Part shown: one piece after another, positions 16,840-27,029 of the stretch
Position numbering within the stretch: position 1 is the first letter of the stretch
Layout: the number at the start of each line of letters is the position of its first letter
Source of the DNA: an uncultured Gemmatimonadota bacterium
GTDB taxonomy: Bacteria; JAAXHH01
DNA: 64,000 nucleotides
Direction: 5' to 3'
NCBI GenBank assembly: GCA_951812955.1
Contig: OX638340.1
Location: 2,272,001 to 2,336,000, forward strand
The notes under the pieces: model-generated
Seen by the model: the letters and a program-made list of their open reading frames with translations, nothing else
Told to the model about the DNA's origin: nothing
Database searches by the model: none
Translations under genes and position numbers: made by a program

Positions 16840-18084
16840 TCAGCGCATGAAGCACGGAAGCGCCTGGCTGACCGCCGGTGGATGAACGATGCGCTTGACC
16901 AGACTGCCTGATCCGTCGTCCTGCCACTGGATCTGTATGCCCTTCAGGTCGCGCTGGGCGCCGGCCTGGGCGTCGCCGATCGGATAGACACCGAACGGTC
17001 CCAGGACAGTCAGTTTGGAGGTCGCAAACAGAAAGTTGCGTATTGACGCCCGGTCGATTTCCCCGGTGGGCGTAGCGGCCCGGTTGATGCCCTCCGCGAG
17101 CAGCTCCACGGCGCCGAAACCTGCGGCGGCCTGGTAGTCCGGCATCCTGTGGTAGGCCGCTTCGTAGCGTCGTACGAACATCTCGTTCGTGGCGATGTAC
17201 CCCTCCGTGCGGATCGTTGGATCCCAGGCCGCGTTGCTGATGACGCAGCGACCAACCGCGCCTACCTCGTTGATGAAGGTTTCCCCGCTCGCCAGGAGGA
17301 GGGACGTCAGGAGCGGTCTGTATTCCACGGCGTCCACGGCCCGCGCGAACGCGATCGCGTCGTCCGAGTATCCTCCGCCGATGAACAGATCGGCGCCCGC
17401 ATCCCGCGCCATGGCCGCCAGTGCCTCGTGGTCCACGCTGCCCAACGCGTAGGCCTGCTCCATAACGATGTCGAGCCCACTGTTCCGCGCCGCGTCGCGT
17501 ATGCCCTGGGCCACCGCAGTGGGAAAGGCCGTATCCTCCCACACCAAAGCCACCGTGCGGGCGCCGGACTGCGCGGCCAGTTCCACCGATCCCTCGAGAT
17601 AAGTCGGGGCCGGATTCGTCACCTGCACGCTCCACTGCCGTCCCCGGTTCGCCCAGATCACGGGAGCCGCCGCCGCCGAGGAGACGAGCGGGATGCCGGC
17701 TGCTTCCGTCACGCCGATCACGGGTTCGGTGATCCCGCTGCTGTAGGGGCCCAGAAAGGCGGTGATCGAATCCGATGCGATCATCTCCTGATAGAGGCGA
17801 ACGCTCGCATCCGCGTCGCTCCCATCGTCGCGTATCACCAGCTGCACCTTCCGCCCGCCGATGCCGCCCTTCTCGTTCAGCATTTCGACGGCGAGCCTAT
17901 AGCCGCGGCTGACTTCCTCCCCGGGCGTGCTGAGGCGGCCGGTCTCCGCCACGGCCGCCCCAAGCGTGATGGGTTTCGGCGCCGGCGCCGGCGTTGACTC
18001 CGGCCCCATCGGATCTTCGTTGCCGCACGCGGCCAACGACATTGCCAGCGCCATTGCCAGCGCGCCAAGCCATCTTTGTCTCAT
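16840..18084 (-). CDS. ABC transporter substrate-binding lipoprotein, branched-chain amino acid (LivJ/LivK) family.
   Basis: It has a lipobox (LAACGNE). A type-I periplasmic-binding-protein pattern follows (RKVQLVIRDDGSDADASV...GPYSSGIT...). Length is 414 aa. Confidence 0.8.
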   Translation of the reverse strand: MRQRWLGALAMALAMSLAACGNEDPMGPESTPAPAPKPITLGAAVAETGRLSTPGEEVSRGYRLAVEMLNEKGGIGGRKVQLVIRDDGSDADASVRLYQEMIASDSITAFLGPYSSGITEPVIGVTEAAGIPLVSSAAAAPVIWANRGRQWSVQVTNPAPTYLEGSVELAAQSGARTVALVWEDTAFPTAVAQGIRDAARNSGLDIVMEQAYALGSVDHEALAAMARDAGADLFIGGGYSDDAIAFARAVDAVEYRPLLTSLLLASGETFINEVGAVGRCVISNAAWDPTIRTEGYIATNEMFVRRYEAAYHRMPDYQAAAGFGAVELLAEGINRAATPTGEIDRASIRNFLFATSKLTVLGPFGVYPIGDAQAGAQRDLKGIQIQWQDDGSGSLVKRIVHPPAVSQALPCFMR

Positions 18085-18114
18085 GATAACACCTCATTGA
18101 TCAGAATTGTCCCA

Positions 18115-18435
18115 TCACAACTTCGGATCCGGATCCCCGGTATTCACGCCGCCTTCCTGTATCAGCAGGTAATTCATCGTCGATGCGGCCTGGCGAAACT
18201 TCATCGCCTCCTGGTAGGCCGGATCGTTGTACCATGCCTCGGCCTGCGCCTTGCTGGAAAATTCCAGAATTACCATCCTCCCGTCGTAATCATTGCCCTC
18301 GACGCAGGCGATCTCCTCGCCCCGCGTCAGGAACTTCCCCCCGTACTTCTTGACGATGGGAGGCGTCCGGTCGGTGTATTTACGGTAGATGTCAGGGTCG
18401 TGGATGGACATCATGGAGATGACATAAGCAGGCAT
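18115..18435 (-). CDS. DUF1330-family protein.
   Basis: 106 aa beginning MPAYVISMMSIHDPDIYRKY..., which is characteristic of the DUF1330 / dimeric alpha-beta barrel family. Confidence 0.65.
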   Translation of the reverse strand: MPAYVISMMSIHDPDIYRKYTDRTPPIVKKYGGKFLTRGEEIACVEGNDYDGRMVILEFSSKAQAEAWYNDPAYQEAMKFRQAASTMNYLLIQEGGVNTGDPDPKL

Positions 18436-18578
18436 TGAAGGTGCTCTCCTGTCTGGTTGGCGTGACCTGGTATGGACTCACTTCAGGGTAGTTCAGCAAG
18501 AGCCGACTTGGCTTCCCAAAACACACGCTGAGCCACAAAGGATGCTTTGGAGGCGGAAGCACCTGTGGCGTCATGGCG

Positions 18579-20246
18579 TCAATCGACCTCGTCCGGATGG
18601 TCCCCTTCCACAATCCGCTCCGCCCGGTGGGTCTTTCCATCCTGGAGAAAGAGGAAATGGTCCACGTTTCCCATCTCGTCCCGGACGAAGGTGATCCGGG
18701 CGTCCTCTACTTCCAGGTAGAAGTCCCCTGAAGATTCGAGGATCAGTTCGCTTCGGGGCTGGCCGGGGGGCTGGCCGTAGAGCTTTCCGTCGCTGTAGGT
18801 GATGTCCACGGTAAACTCGGGGGAGAACGTGTAGGTTCCGGTGCATGCCTCGTAGGCGTCCTCGCTCAGGCGTACGGTCTTCATTGGGGGCGGCGCCAGG
18901 GGATTCCGGGCGCTCAGCAGGTGGAAGCCGATGTCCTCGACGTTGGCCGAGCTGTTGGACAGGACCACGACGCCCTTTCGCCACGCCTTGAGGAAGGCGG
19001 CGAATGCGTAGAACCCGTTGGTCCGGCCGGTGAGCCAGTGGATTTCTCGGCCTTGTTCGTCCTGGCGCACCTTCCAGCCCAGCGCGGTCCGGACGCCCTC
19101 TTCGTCAGTCGGTTCCCTGGCCACGATGAGGCTGTCGAAGGACGCGTGGTAGCGGGTCGAATCGTCTTCGGTGAAGTCTTCCGGCAACGCGTAGATGATA
19201 CCCATGTTGGCCGACACCAGGGTCATCATGTCGTGGAGATTGGACCGCAGCCCCGTGCCGCCCACGAGGGTCGTATCGGACCAGGCGTGCACGGGGCGGC
19301 GGGCTTCGTCGTGTCCGGTCGCCAGATACGTCCGCATGGACTGCGAAGGCGCGTTGGCCGTGTTGGCCAGCTTGATAGGATCGCCGAGCATCTCCCGGAC
19401 CAGGTCGTCGTATGATTCGCCGGTAGCCCGTTCCAATACGTGTCCCAGGAGTCCCATTCCGAGATCTGAATAGGCATAGGGGGCGTCCGTCGAGTAGCGG
19501 TCTTCCGTCTCGAAGGGATCGTCTCCTACCGGATCCTGTCCTTCCGGATCATCTCTCTCCAAAACGTTGTAACCAAACTGGGCCCCAAGCCCGTCGCGCT
19601 GCGCGTCCGTGTACCCGGCGAGGTATTCGTACAGCAACTCCACCGAATATCCCTTCAACGGATCGTCCGGATCGTCCGAAACCAGGTTGTCCGGCACGCG
19701 GGGCAGTCCCGAGGTGTGGGTGGCGAGGTGCTCAATCAGGATGGGGCGTCCGGCGGGTGTCGCCGGCACGGTCACCGTATCCGGGAGATAGACGGACACC
19801 CGGTCGGTCAGGTTCAGGTCGCCCCGCTGGACCAGGAGGGACAGCATGGCCGTCGTATACAGGCTGCTCAACTGGCCGATCTCGAAGACCGTCATGGCGC
19901 TCGCGCGCCGTATCGTGCCGCGGTTAAACGTGCCGTGGGCGTAGACGTACCGGTTGATGCCTCGGATGATCCCGGCGACGATGCCCACCGTCTGGCCGTA
20001 TTCATCGACGCGTTCGCGAAGCACGCGCTGTACGGGGTCCTCTTCCTCGACCTCTTCCGCACCGGAGCTTCCCGCGCTGCTGGGCGTATTGCTCCTCGCG
20101 CCCTGCGCATAGGCCGAGTCCTGCGCATAGGTCGTGCCCTGCGCATATGCCGAGCCCAGCGCGCGCGCCGGTGTGGACACGGCGAGCGTATAACAGATGC
20201 CGAAACAACACAACCACATGAGAAAACGGCCCGTGAATGACCGCAT
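18579..20246 (-). CDS. Secreted serine hydrolase of the beta-lactamase / transpeptidase superfamily, with a C-terminal accessory domain.
   Basis: 555 aa with a signal peptide. Residues about 100-430 resemble class C beta-lactamase-like esterases (...GTIRRASAMTVFEIGQLSSLYT...HLATHTSGL...). In the expected SxxK position the Lys appears to be replaced (SSLY). The N-terminus carries three in-frame 18-nt tandem repeats (SAYAQ GTTYAQ DSAYAQ). Confidence 0.65.
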   Translation of the reverse strand: MRSFTGRFLMWLCCFGICYTLAVSTPARALGSAYAQGTTYAQDSAYAQGARSNTPSSAGSSGAEEVEEEDPVQRVLRERVDEYGQTVGIVAGIIRGINRYVYAHGTFNRGTIRRASAMTVFEIGQLSSLYTTAMLSLLVQRGDLNLTDRVSVYLPDTVTVPATPAGRPILIEHLATHTSGLPRVPDNLVSDDPDDPLKGYSVELLYEYLAGYTDAQRDGLGAQFGYNVLERDDPEGQDPVGDDPFETEDRYSTDAPYAYSDLGMGLLGHVLERATGESYDDLVREMLGDPIKLANTANAPSQSMRTYLATGHDEARRPVHAWSDTTLVGGTGLRSNLHDMMTLVSANMGIIYALPEDFTEDDSTRYHASFDSLIVAREPTDEEGVRTALGWKVRQDEQGREIHWLTGRTNGFYAFAAFLKAWRKGVVVLSNSSANVEDIGFHLLSARNPLAPPPMKTVRLSEDAYEACTGTYTFSPEFTVDITYSDGKLYGQPPGQPRSELILESSGDFYLEVEDARITFVRDEMGNVDHFLFLQDGKTHRAERIVEGDHPDEVD

Positions 20247-20270
20247 GAGTCTGATCCTCTCCGAGTGTGC

Positions 20271-21086
20271 TTAGTGCCGCGGTACCAGCACTTCGTTGGC
20301 GCTGTCCAGCCGGACGGGTTTCGCGTAGTGATACACGTTGACGCCCTCGGCGACCGGCGTGGGCACCCGGACGATGAACTCCACCCAGTCAGGTGTATTA
20401 AACGCGGCGAAGGCCAGTTCGATCCCTTCCATCATGTCTTCCGGGTCGCGGGTCAGGTCCGGCAGCAGTACCGGGCCCGTGTCCGGCTGGTAGATCCAGT
20501 CCCGCTCGTTGGCATTGATCGTCTTGACCGGGTATTCGAGCACCGCGGCGTACCGGTCGTTCCCGATGGTCGTCCGGGCGTTCAGGGGGACGTTGCCGAG
20601 GACGGCCTCGACGATGGTCCGCGGCGTCTCCAGAAGGCGGCCGTCCACGCGGGACAGGTCGATCCGGACGTCGTCGAAGGTCTCCGCGATGGCGACGATC
20701 TGCCGCTCGGGCTGCTCTCCCAGGGAGGGCGGGTAGAGCGTGGCGCCCCGGTTCGCCACCTCGTAGGTCTTGATGGCCATGAAGGTGTCCGACGAGAAGA
20801 TCGGCTTGAAGTCCGCGCTGGGGATGTGCCAGATATCCCGCTCCACCCCGACCTGTTCGGTCTTGCAACTCACCCCCAGGACGTATTCTTCCCGGAACCC
20901 GCCGTCCTTCCCGGTCACGGTCAGGGTGGCCTCTATGGGAATGCGGGCGTTATTCAGGGAATAGGGCACCTTCTGGGTCACGGTCTTCGGCGGTTTCTTC
21001 TCGGAATCCACGCGAAAGGTAAAATAGGAACGCGCGAAATCGATGGTCTGCATGGGCATGGGCACTCCTGAAAGGTTCTGCAGCAA
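20271..21086 (-). CDS. Hypothetical cytoplasmic protein. No family was recognised.
   Basis: 271-aa ORF with several alternative Met starts (M1/M10/M12) and no signal peptide. Its codon usage is typical for the genome. It lies 25 nt upstream of the hydrolase gene on the same strand. Confidence 0.45.
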   Translation of the reverse strand: MLQNLSGVPMPMQTIDFARSYFTFRVDSEKKPPKTVTQKVPYSLNNARIPIEATLTVTGKDGGFREEYVLGVSCKTEQVGVERDIWHIPSADFKPIFSSDTFMAIKTYEVANRGATLYPPSLGEQPERQIVAIAETFDDVRIDLSRVDGRLLETPRTIVEAVLGNVPLNARTTIGNDRYAAVLEYPVKTINANERDWIYQPDTGPVLLPDLTRDPEDMMEGIELAFAAFNTPDWVEFIVRVPTPVAEGVNVYHYAKPVRLDSANEVLVPRH

Positions 21087-21091
21087 CCGGC

Positions 21092-21266
21092 TATGGACTA
21101 CTTGATCCAGATGCAGCCTACAAATGGTTTTTCAACATCTGATTATGGACTACTTGACGCGACTGATTATGGACTACTTGTGATTATGTACCTTCTGTTC
21201 CAGACGCAGATTAAAATGGGTCCTGGACACGGTTATTCATACCTTCTGGACACGGTTATTCATACC
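21092..21266. repeat. Intergenic short direct repeats. TATGGACTACTTG occurs three times, and a 22-bp unit occurs twice; the second copy contains the stop codon of FtsX-1.
   Basis: The three-copy motif lies at about 21092, 21145 and 21169. The 22-bp copies ggacacggttattcatacct lie at 21221-21243 and 21245-21266. The minus-strand TAA of FtsX-1 is at 21256-21258. Confidence 0.85.
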
Positions 21267-23718
21267 TCAATGCATGCACAGGGTCGGACAGCGTGGTCTT
21301 CAACGTATGATACATCACAGTCAGCAGAGCGATCATCGTGACGAAAGCCCCTACGAGACCGAAGATGCCAAGATTGACCACGGCGTGATACGCAAACTCC
21401 TGAATCCACGTCATCATCATCGTGTACGCAATTGGCCAGGCTATGGCGTTTGCGATGAGTGACAAAATGACCACCTCGCGGCATTGCAGGGTTAACAGAC
21501 TCAGAAAAGTCGCTCCCAGTGCCTTTCGTATCCCCACTTCCCTGATGCGTTTTCTTGTCGTGTATGAAACAAGGCCGGTCAGGCCCAGGCAAGCGATAAG
21601 AACCGCTATCAGCGAAAAACTGCCGAGTATCGTAATCAGTCTGTTCTCTTCGTTATAGAACTGTGCGGTGTCTTCATCCAGGAAGTAGTAGGCAAATGCG
21701 AAGTCCGGATTGATGTCCCTCCATGTCTCCTCGATGAATGCCAGGGTTTCCTCGTAGTTCTCCGAACCGAGTTTAATGGACACATTCCAGAATTCATCTG
21801 ATGCGAGCATGGCGAGCGGTTCGATTTCCGACCTTAAGCTATTGTAATGAAAGTCATTTACTACCCCGATTACCGTTCTGAAGGATTCAGCGGCCTCCCC
21901 GGACGCTGACATGCCGCGGGGCGCAATCCACCTTATCCTTTCTCCCACGGCTCCTTCAGCAGAATCCCAGCCGGCTTTCGCGGCCGCGCGCTCGTTGAGA
22001 ATGATTGAACGCCTGTCTTCCGCCGCCAGGGTACTCGAGAAAAAACGTCCTGCTTTCATGGTCATGCCAAGCGTACGGAGGTAGTCGGCGTCGACCCAAA
22101 AGGTCCTTACCTGGATTTGCCCTCCGTCGTCTGCGGTTATCGGCCGTATGGTCGTTTGTAGCGGCGGTCTTCCCGGGGGCATGTCGGACCCGGAAACACT
22201 GAGTACGCTATGGTGTTCAAGCAGTCTTTCTTTCAGGGCCGAGAATGTATTTACGACAGGAGTGAATGTGAGCGGAATGACGACTATCCGTTGGTTGTCA
22301 TAGCCCAGGTCCTTGTCCCGGATGTAATCTATTTGCTGATACACGATGCAGGTAGCGATTATCAGAACAGTCGATATGGTGAATTGAAACACGACCAGCG
22401 TTTGACGCAGCGACGCCTTTTTTATCCCTCTGCTAATCCCGCTTTTAAGTACGTCAATCGGTTTGTAAGATGAAAGCAGGAGGGCGGGGTAAATGCCGGA
22501 GACAAGTCCAACCATCAGCGAAGTGCCGAGTAACGCCGGTATCAACTCGGAGATATCATAACTGATCTGGTCTGCTGACGCTGTCATCATACTGCTGAAC
22601 ACGGGAAGCAGGAACTCGATCATTCCCCAAGCGATAGGCAAGGCGATGATGGCGATAAACACAGACTCTCCGATATGCTGTGCCATCAGTTGGGCTCGTT
22701 GCGCTCCCAGCGTTTTACGCAGTCCTATTTCACCTGCACGGCCGCTCGAGTACGCGGTAGCGAGATTGATGAAGTTCACACAGGCAATCATCAGTATCAG
22801 TACCGCTACGGCGCCGTAGAGGAAAACAGTTGAAATACTGCCGTTTGGTTCCAACTCACCCATGCGACTAGAGTAAAGATGAATGGATGTCAGGGGTTGC
22901 AGAGTGAGGTCAAAAGTAATTTGCTCACTTTCAAACCGGGGATTCACGTGCCTGGAAACAAACTCGGGAAACTTGGTGGTCAATTCACCGGGGATGGAAG
23001 CCGGTGTGAGCAACAAGTAAACATGGCTGCGGTTCCAAAGATCCCAGGTGTACCGCTCATCCGGCCTAAAACTGACCGATGATTCACGTTGATGTGCGAG
23101 AAAATCATAATTCATGTGCGAGTTTGGTGGCAGGTCTCGCATTACCCCCACGATACGATAGTCCCAGGTATCTTCGGCGCGAATCGTTTTACCTATGGGA
23201 TCGGCATCCTTGAAGTACTTCAGCGCCATGGATTCGGACAAAACGACCGTAAAGGCGTCTTTCAGCGCGGTTTCGGGGTTTCCTTGAACGAATTCGACCG
23301 AAAAAACATCGAAAAACGTGGAGTCCGTGTGATAGAACCCCTTTTCATAGAATCGATTTTCGCCGTGGGCTATCATGTAGGAAGAACCCGGTTTCAGAAC
23401 GGTCACCGACGCTTGAATTTCCGGGAACTCCTCTTTCAGGACGCTGACCAGGGGGGTCAAGGCAGCAGCGGTTTCCGTGGTGCTGTTCGGACTGTGTATG
23501 TCCATCGCCACGCGGTATATTCTGTCTGAATTCACATTGAACCGATCGAAACTCAGTTCGAACCGCATGTAGAGCATAATCATCACGAAACATGTTACGC
23601 CAATTGTAAGACCCACTACATTGATGGATACATAAGCCTTATTGTTCCACAGGTGGCGAACAGTAGTCCTTAAAATGTTACTGATCAGCGACGCAGGAAG
23701 AAACCCGGTAGCGGCCAT
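21256..23718 (-). CDS. ABC-transporter permease with two FtsX domains and MacB-like periplasmic domains. No ATPase partner is present (FtsX-1).
   Basis: About 820 aa from MAATGFLPASLISNILRTTVRHLWNNKAYVSINVVGLTIGVTCFVMI.... It has the N-terminal transmembrane helix, large periplasmic domains and two 4-TM FtsX blocks. It is a paralog of the genes at 32238 and 37170. Confidence 0.85.
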   Translation of the reverse strand: MAATGFLPASLISNILRTTVRHLWNNKAYVSINVVGLTIGVTCFVMIMLYMRFELSFDRFNVNSDRIYRVAMDIHSPNSTTETAAALTPLVSVLKEEFPEIQASVTVLKPGSSYMIAHGENRFYEKGFYHTDSTFFDVFSVEFVQGNPETALKDAFTVVLSESMALKYFKDADPIGKTIRAEDTWDYRIVGVMRDLPPNSHMNYDFLAHQRESSVSFRPDERYTWDLWNRSHVYLLLTPASIPGELTTKFPEFVSRHVNPRFESEQITFDLTLQPLTSIHLYSSRMGELEPNGSISTVFLYGAVAVLILMIACVNFINLATAYSSGRAGEIGLRKTLGAQRAQLMAQHIGESVFIAIIALPIAWGMIEFLLPVFSSMMTASADQISYDISELIPALLGTSLMVGLVSGIYPALLLSSYKPIDVLKSGISRGIKKASLRQTLVVFQFTISTVLIIATCIVYQQIDYIRDKDLGYDNQRIVVIPLTFTPVVNTFSALKERLLEHHSVLSVSGSDMPPGRPPLQTTIRPITADDGGQIQVRTFWVDADYLRTLGMTMKAGRFFSSTLAAEDRRSIILNERAAAKAGWDSAEGAVGERIRWIAPRGMSASGEAAESFRTVIGVVNDFHYNSLRSEIEPLAMLASDEFWNVSIKLGSENYEETLAFIEETWRDINPDFAFAYYFLDEDTAQFYNEENRLITILGSFSLIAVLIACLGLTGLVSYTTRKRIREVGIRKALGATFLSLLTLQCREVVILSLIANAIAWPIAYTMMMTWIQEFAYHAVVNLGIFGLVGAFVTMIALLTVMYHTLKTTLSDPVHALRYE

Positions 23719-23852
23719 GGCGGATCTCCAGCAGCTTAAAACGGGATTTCGTACAGGAAGCAGAAGCCACCCCAACCTTATGCGGACAATATAGTGTTCC
23801 CCTCGACTTTTCGGTACGACATTACAGGCGTAACGCGGCAACCAGGAGCACC

Positions 23853-25697
23853 ATGTCAAGCGAACTGACCAGGACCTACCGCCCGTTCTCGGACTCCCGC
23901 CCCTACACCCGCTGGTGGTGGTTCTACGATGACATCAGGGCGGTGGACATCCGGACGCAGTTGCGATGGGTGCGGGACCAGGGATTCGGTGGCGTGGAGA
24001 TCGCCTTCATGTATCCGCAGCCAGGGTCCGGTGAAGGGCCCCACTGGCTGAGCGAGGCGTGGACCGACTTGGTCGCCTTCGCCAAGGAAGAGGCGGACCG
24101 GCTCGGGATCGGATGCGACTTCACCTTCAGCACGTCCTGGCCCTTCGGTGGGTCGATCGTTCCCGAGGAGGACGCGGGACAGGTATTCGGCGGGCCGGCG
24201 ACCCAGCGCCTGGAAAAGTCGTGGGAACTGTCCTATTTCGGCCGCGGCCGGATCCTGAACCACCTGGACACGGGCGCGTTCAGCCGTTACGCCGAGCAGG
24301 TAGGTGGCGCACTGAAACCCGCCCTGCGCGGTACGACCTCGGGAATGTTCTCCGATTCGTGGGAGGTTTTCCCGGAGGGCCTCTGGAGCGCCCACCTGGA
24401 CCCCGTCTTCAGGGATCGTTTCGGGTACGACCTGGAACCGTTCAAGGCATGTATCGACCAGCATCCCGACGTGCGGTACGATTACCGGAAGATCCTGTCG
24501 GATGCGGCGATCGAGGGCTTCTTCAGGCCCTATGCCGAGGTTTGCCACCGCCTCGGCGCCGTGAGCCGCGTGCAGTGTCACGGGGCGCCGACGGACCTGC
24601 TGGCCGCTTTCGCGCTCGTGGACGTCCCGGAATCGGAGGCCCTGCTGTTCGAGACGTTCTTCTCGGCCATACCGGGTTCGGCCGCGGCCCTGGGCTCTCG
24701 GCCCGTGGTGACCTGCGAGACGTTCACCTGTATCTACGGCTACGCGCCATGGCCCGCGCCGTCACCCCATCACGGCGAGGAGAAGGTGGAGGACATGAAG
24801 CTCATGGCGGACGCGGTGTTCGCCAACGGCGTCAACCACATCGTCTGGCACGGCATGCCCTACAACGCGCCGGGCGGGAACAACACCTTCTACGCGACCA
24901 CGCACGTCGGTCCGGGCAGCGGATTCGCCGGCCGGCTTCCGGCCTTCAACGCCTACATGGCCGAGGCCTCCGATTTCGTCAAGCAGGGCAGAACGTATAC
25001 GGACGTGGCCGTGTACCTCCCACTGGAAGACCACTGGATGTGCCATACGCTGCCCGAGGAACGGCGCGGACCGGCCGCGAACTATTACTGGGAACTGCAA
25101 ACCGTCGAACGGCCCGGTGCCTTGCTTGGGTACCATCCCCTCTGGATATCGACGCCTTTTCTGGAGGAAGCGGAGGTGGAGGACGGCCGCGTTCGATATG
25201 GAGAGGCAGTCTTTTCCGTATTGTATGTGGACGTGGAATGGCTGGACGGCGAAGCCCTGTCGGCCCTGCAGCGGCTGGCAAGGGAAGGTGCGCATATCGT
25301 CATTCCGCGCAGGCCTGCCGCGCCCGGCCACCGTCCGCCTGCGGATTACGAGGATCGCCTGAAACAACTGATGAGCCAACCAGCGGTTACCACTGATCCG
25401 GGTGAGGCGCTGCGGCATCCTCCCCTCGTGAGCGGCCTGGACACGCCGGAATTCTGGTGCAGGGAGGTCGACGGCGACTACCACCTATACTTCGCCCATC
25501 CCGATACGAAGCGCATCCGGTACCCCATGGCCTACGAGGGCTGGCGTTCCACGGGCCTGGTCGAGCGGGAAGTAGTCCTGCATGTCAACAGCCGGGAGCG
25601 GACGGTGCGCCTGGCCTTCGAGCCCGAAGATGCCATGCTGGTCAGGGTATCGGCCACGGGCGCGGTGGACGTGGAACCGGGGCGTGTTGATGAGTGA
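23853..25697 (+). CDS. Putative glycoside hydrolase. The family is uncertain, possibly GH106-like.
   Basis: 614 aa. The N-terminal motif RPYTRWWWFYDD and TIM-barrel-like acid-residue spacing point to a glycoside hydrolase. No signal peptide is present. Assignment is from memory of GH N-terminal motifs only. Confidence 0.35.
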   Translation: MSSELTRTYRPFSDSRPYTRWWWFYDDIRAVDIRTQLRWVRDQGFGGVEIAFMYPQPGSGEGPHWLSEAWTDLVAFAKEEADRLGIGCDFTFSTSWPFGGSIVPEEDAGQVFGGPATQRLEKSWELSYFGRGRILNHLDTGAFSRYAEQVGGALKPALRGTTSGMFSDSWEVFPEGLWSAHLDPVFRDRFGYDLEPFKACIDQHPDVRYDYRKILSDAAIEGFFRPYAEVCHRLGAVSRVQCHGAPTDLLAAFALVDVPESEALLFETFFSAIPGSAAALGSRPVVTCETFTCIYGYAPWPAPSPHHGEEKVEDMKLMADAVFANGVNHIVWHGMPYNAPGGNNTFYATTHVGPGSGFAGRLPAFNAYMAEASDFVKQGRTYTDVAVYLPLEDHWMCHTLPEERRGPAANYYWELQTVERPGALLGYHPLWISTPFLEEAEVEDGRVRYGEAVFSVLYVDVEWLDGEALSALQRLAREGAHIVIPRRPAAPGHRPPADYEDRLKQLMSQPAVTTDPGEALRHPPLVSGLDTPEFWCREVDGDYHLYFAHPDTKRIRYPMAYEGWRSTGLVEREVVLHVNSRERTVRLAFEPEDAMLVRVSATGAVDVEPGRVDE

Positions 25698-25702
25698 AGC
25701 AG

Positions 25703-25845
25703 CGCATGGATTCATTGCCACATAGGCGCATTGAGGCGTCGCATCAGCACATTGCCGCAAAGATGCATTGGAGCGCCGCGTAAACTCATTGTCGAACAGG
25801 CGCAATGAAGCGGCGCATAGATTTACTGCCGCAAAAGCGTATCGA
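25703..25845. repeat. Degenerate direct repeats of about 30 bp (GCGCAT..ATTGCCGCAAAG motif). They start 6 nt after the glycoside-hydrolase stop and fill the leader of the aminopeptidase.
   Basis: The unit aagcagcgcatggattcattgccacatagg at 25703 recurs as aagcggcgcatagatttactgccgcaaaag at 25808. Intermediate degenerate copies lie between them. Confidence 0.6.
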
Positions 25846-25871
25846 AAACCAACCACGGAGACTTAACACCC

Positions 25872-26987
25872 ATGCACGACCCACGATATGGTGACCTGGC
25901 GAAGGTGCTTACCGGACACTCGACGAAGATCCAGCCGGGAGACCGGGTACTCATCGAGGCCTTCGACGTGCCCGATGAAATGGTTATCTCGCTCATCCGG
26001 ACGATCCGGGAAGCGGGCGGCGTTCCGCTGGTCTCCATCAAGCACCAGCGCGTCATGCGGGAACTGGTCCATGCCGGGGACGAGGCCGCGATGGAAGCCG
26101 CCGGCGCCTTTGAATCCCATCGCATGGAGCGGGTGCAGGCCTACATGGCCCTGCGCGGCAGCCGGAACGTGATGGAGATGTCGGACGTGCCTGGCGAAGC
26201 CATGCGGCTCTACGAGCAACGCTGGCTCAAGCCCGTGCACTTCGATATCCGCGTGCCAAAGACCCGGTGGGTGGTGCTGCGCTGGCCGACCCCGTCCATG
26301 GCGCAGCAGGCCGGCACGAGCACCGAGGCCTTCGAGGACTTCTTCTTTGACGTGTGCACCCTGGATTATGGGAAGATGGAAAGGGCCCTCGCGCCGCTGA
26401 AGGAGCACATGGACCGCACCGACCGTGTCCGGCTCACAGGTCCGGGTACCGACTTGAGCTTCAGTATAAGGGACATCCCCACCGTCGGATGCTCGGGCGA
26501 CCGTAACATTCCCGACGGCGAGTGCTTTACCGCGCCGGTGCGCGATTCGGTCAATGGCGTCATTACGTTCAACACGCCGACGCTGTATCACGGCGTGACG
26601 TTTACGGACGTGCAGTTGAGATTCGAAGACGGCAAGATAGCGGAGGCGAGCGGCAACCGGACGGAGAAGCTCAACGAGATCTTCGACACCGATGAGGGGG
26701 CGCGCTACATCGGCGAATTCGCCATCGGCTTCAATCCCCACATCACCGCGCCCATGCTGGACATTCTCTTCGACGAGAAGATCGCGGGTTCCTTCCACTT
26801 CACGCCCGGACAGGCCTACGAGGAAGCGGACAACGGCAATCGATCCGCCGTGCACTGGGACATGGTCATGATCCAGACGCCGGAATACGGCGGCGGGACC
26901 ATCGAGTTCGATGGGGAAGTAATCAGGAAAGACGGGATATTCGTCGTTCCGGAACTCGAGGGCCTGAATCCGGAACGATTGAGGTGA
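25872..26987 (+). CDS. M29-family aminopeptidase (AmpS/PepS/aminopeptidase T-like).
   Basis: 371 aa. The text ...[16 protein letters not shown]...[12 protein letters not shown]...HWDMV has the same length and metal-binding pattern as thermophilic M29 aminopeptidases. Confidence 0.75.
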   Translation: MHDPRYGDLAKVLTGHSTKIQPGDRVLIEAFDVPDEMVISLIRTIREAGGVPLVSIKHQRVMRELVHAGDEAAMEAAGAFESHRMERVQAYMALRGSRNVMEMSDVPGEAMRLYEQRWLKPVHFDIRVPKTRWVVLRWPTPSMAQQAGTSTEAFEDFFFDVCTLDYGKMERALAPLKEHMDRTDRVRLTGPGTDLSFSIRDIPTVGCSGDRNIPDGECFTAPVRDSVNGVITFNTPTLYHGVTFTDVQLRFEDGKIAEASGNRTEKLNEIFDTDEGARYIGEFAIGFNPHITAPMLDILFDEKIAGSFHFTPGQAYEEADNGNRSAVHWDMVMIQTPEYGGGTIEFDGEVIRKDGIFVVPELEGLNPERLR

Positions 26988-27029
26988 AACAGGCGCGCTA
27001 CGACGACGCGGAGAAGATCGAAGAAAGTC

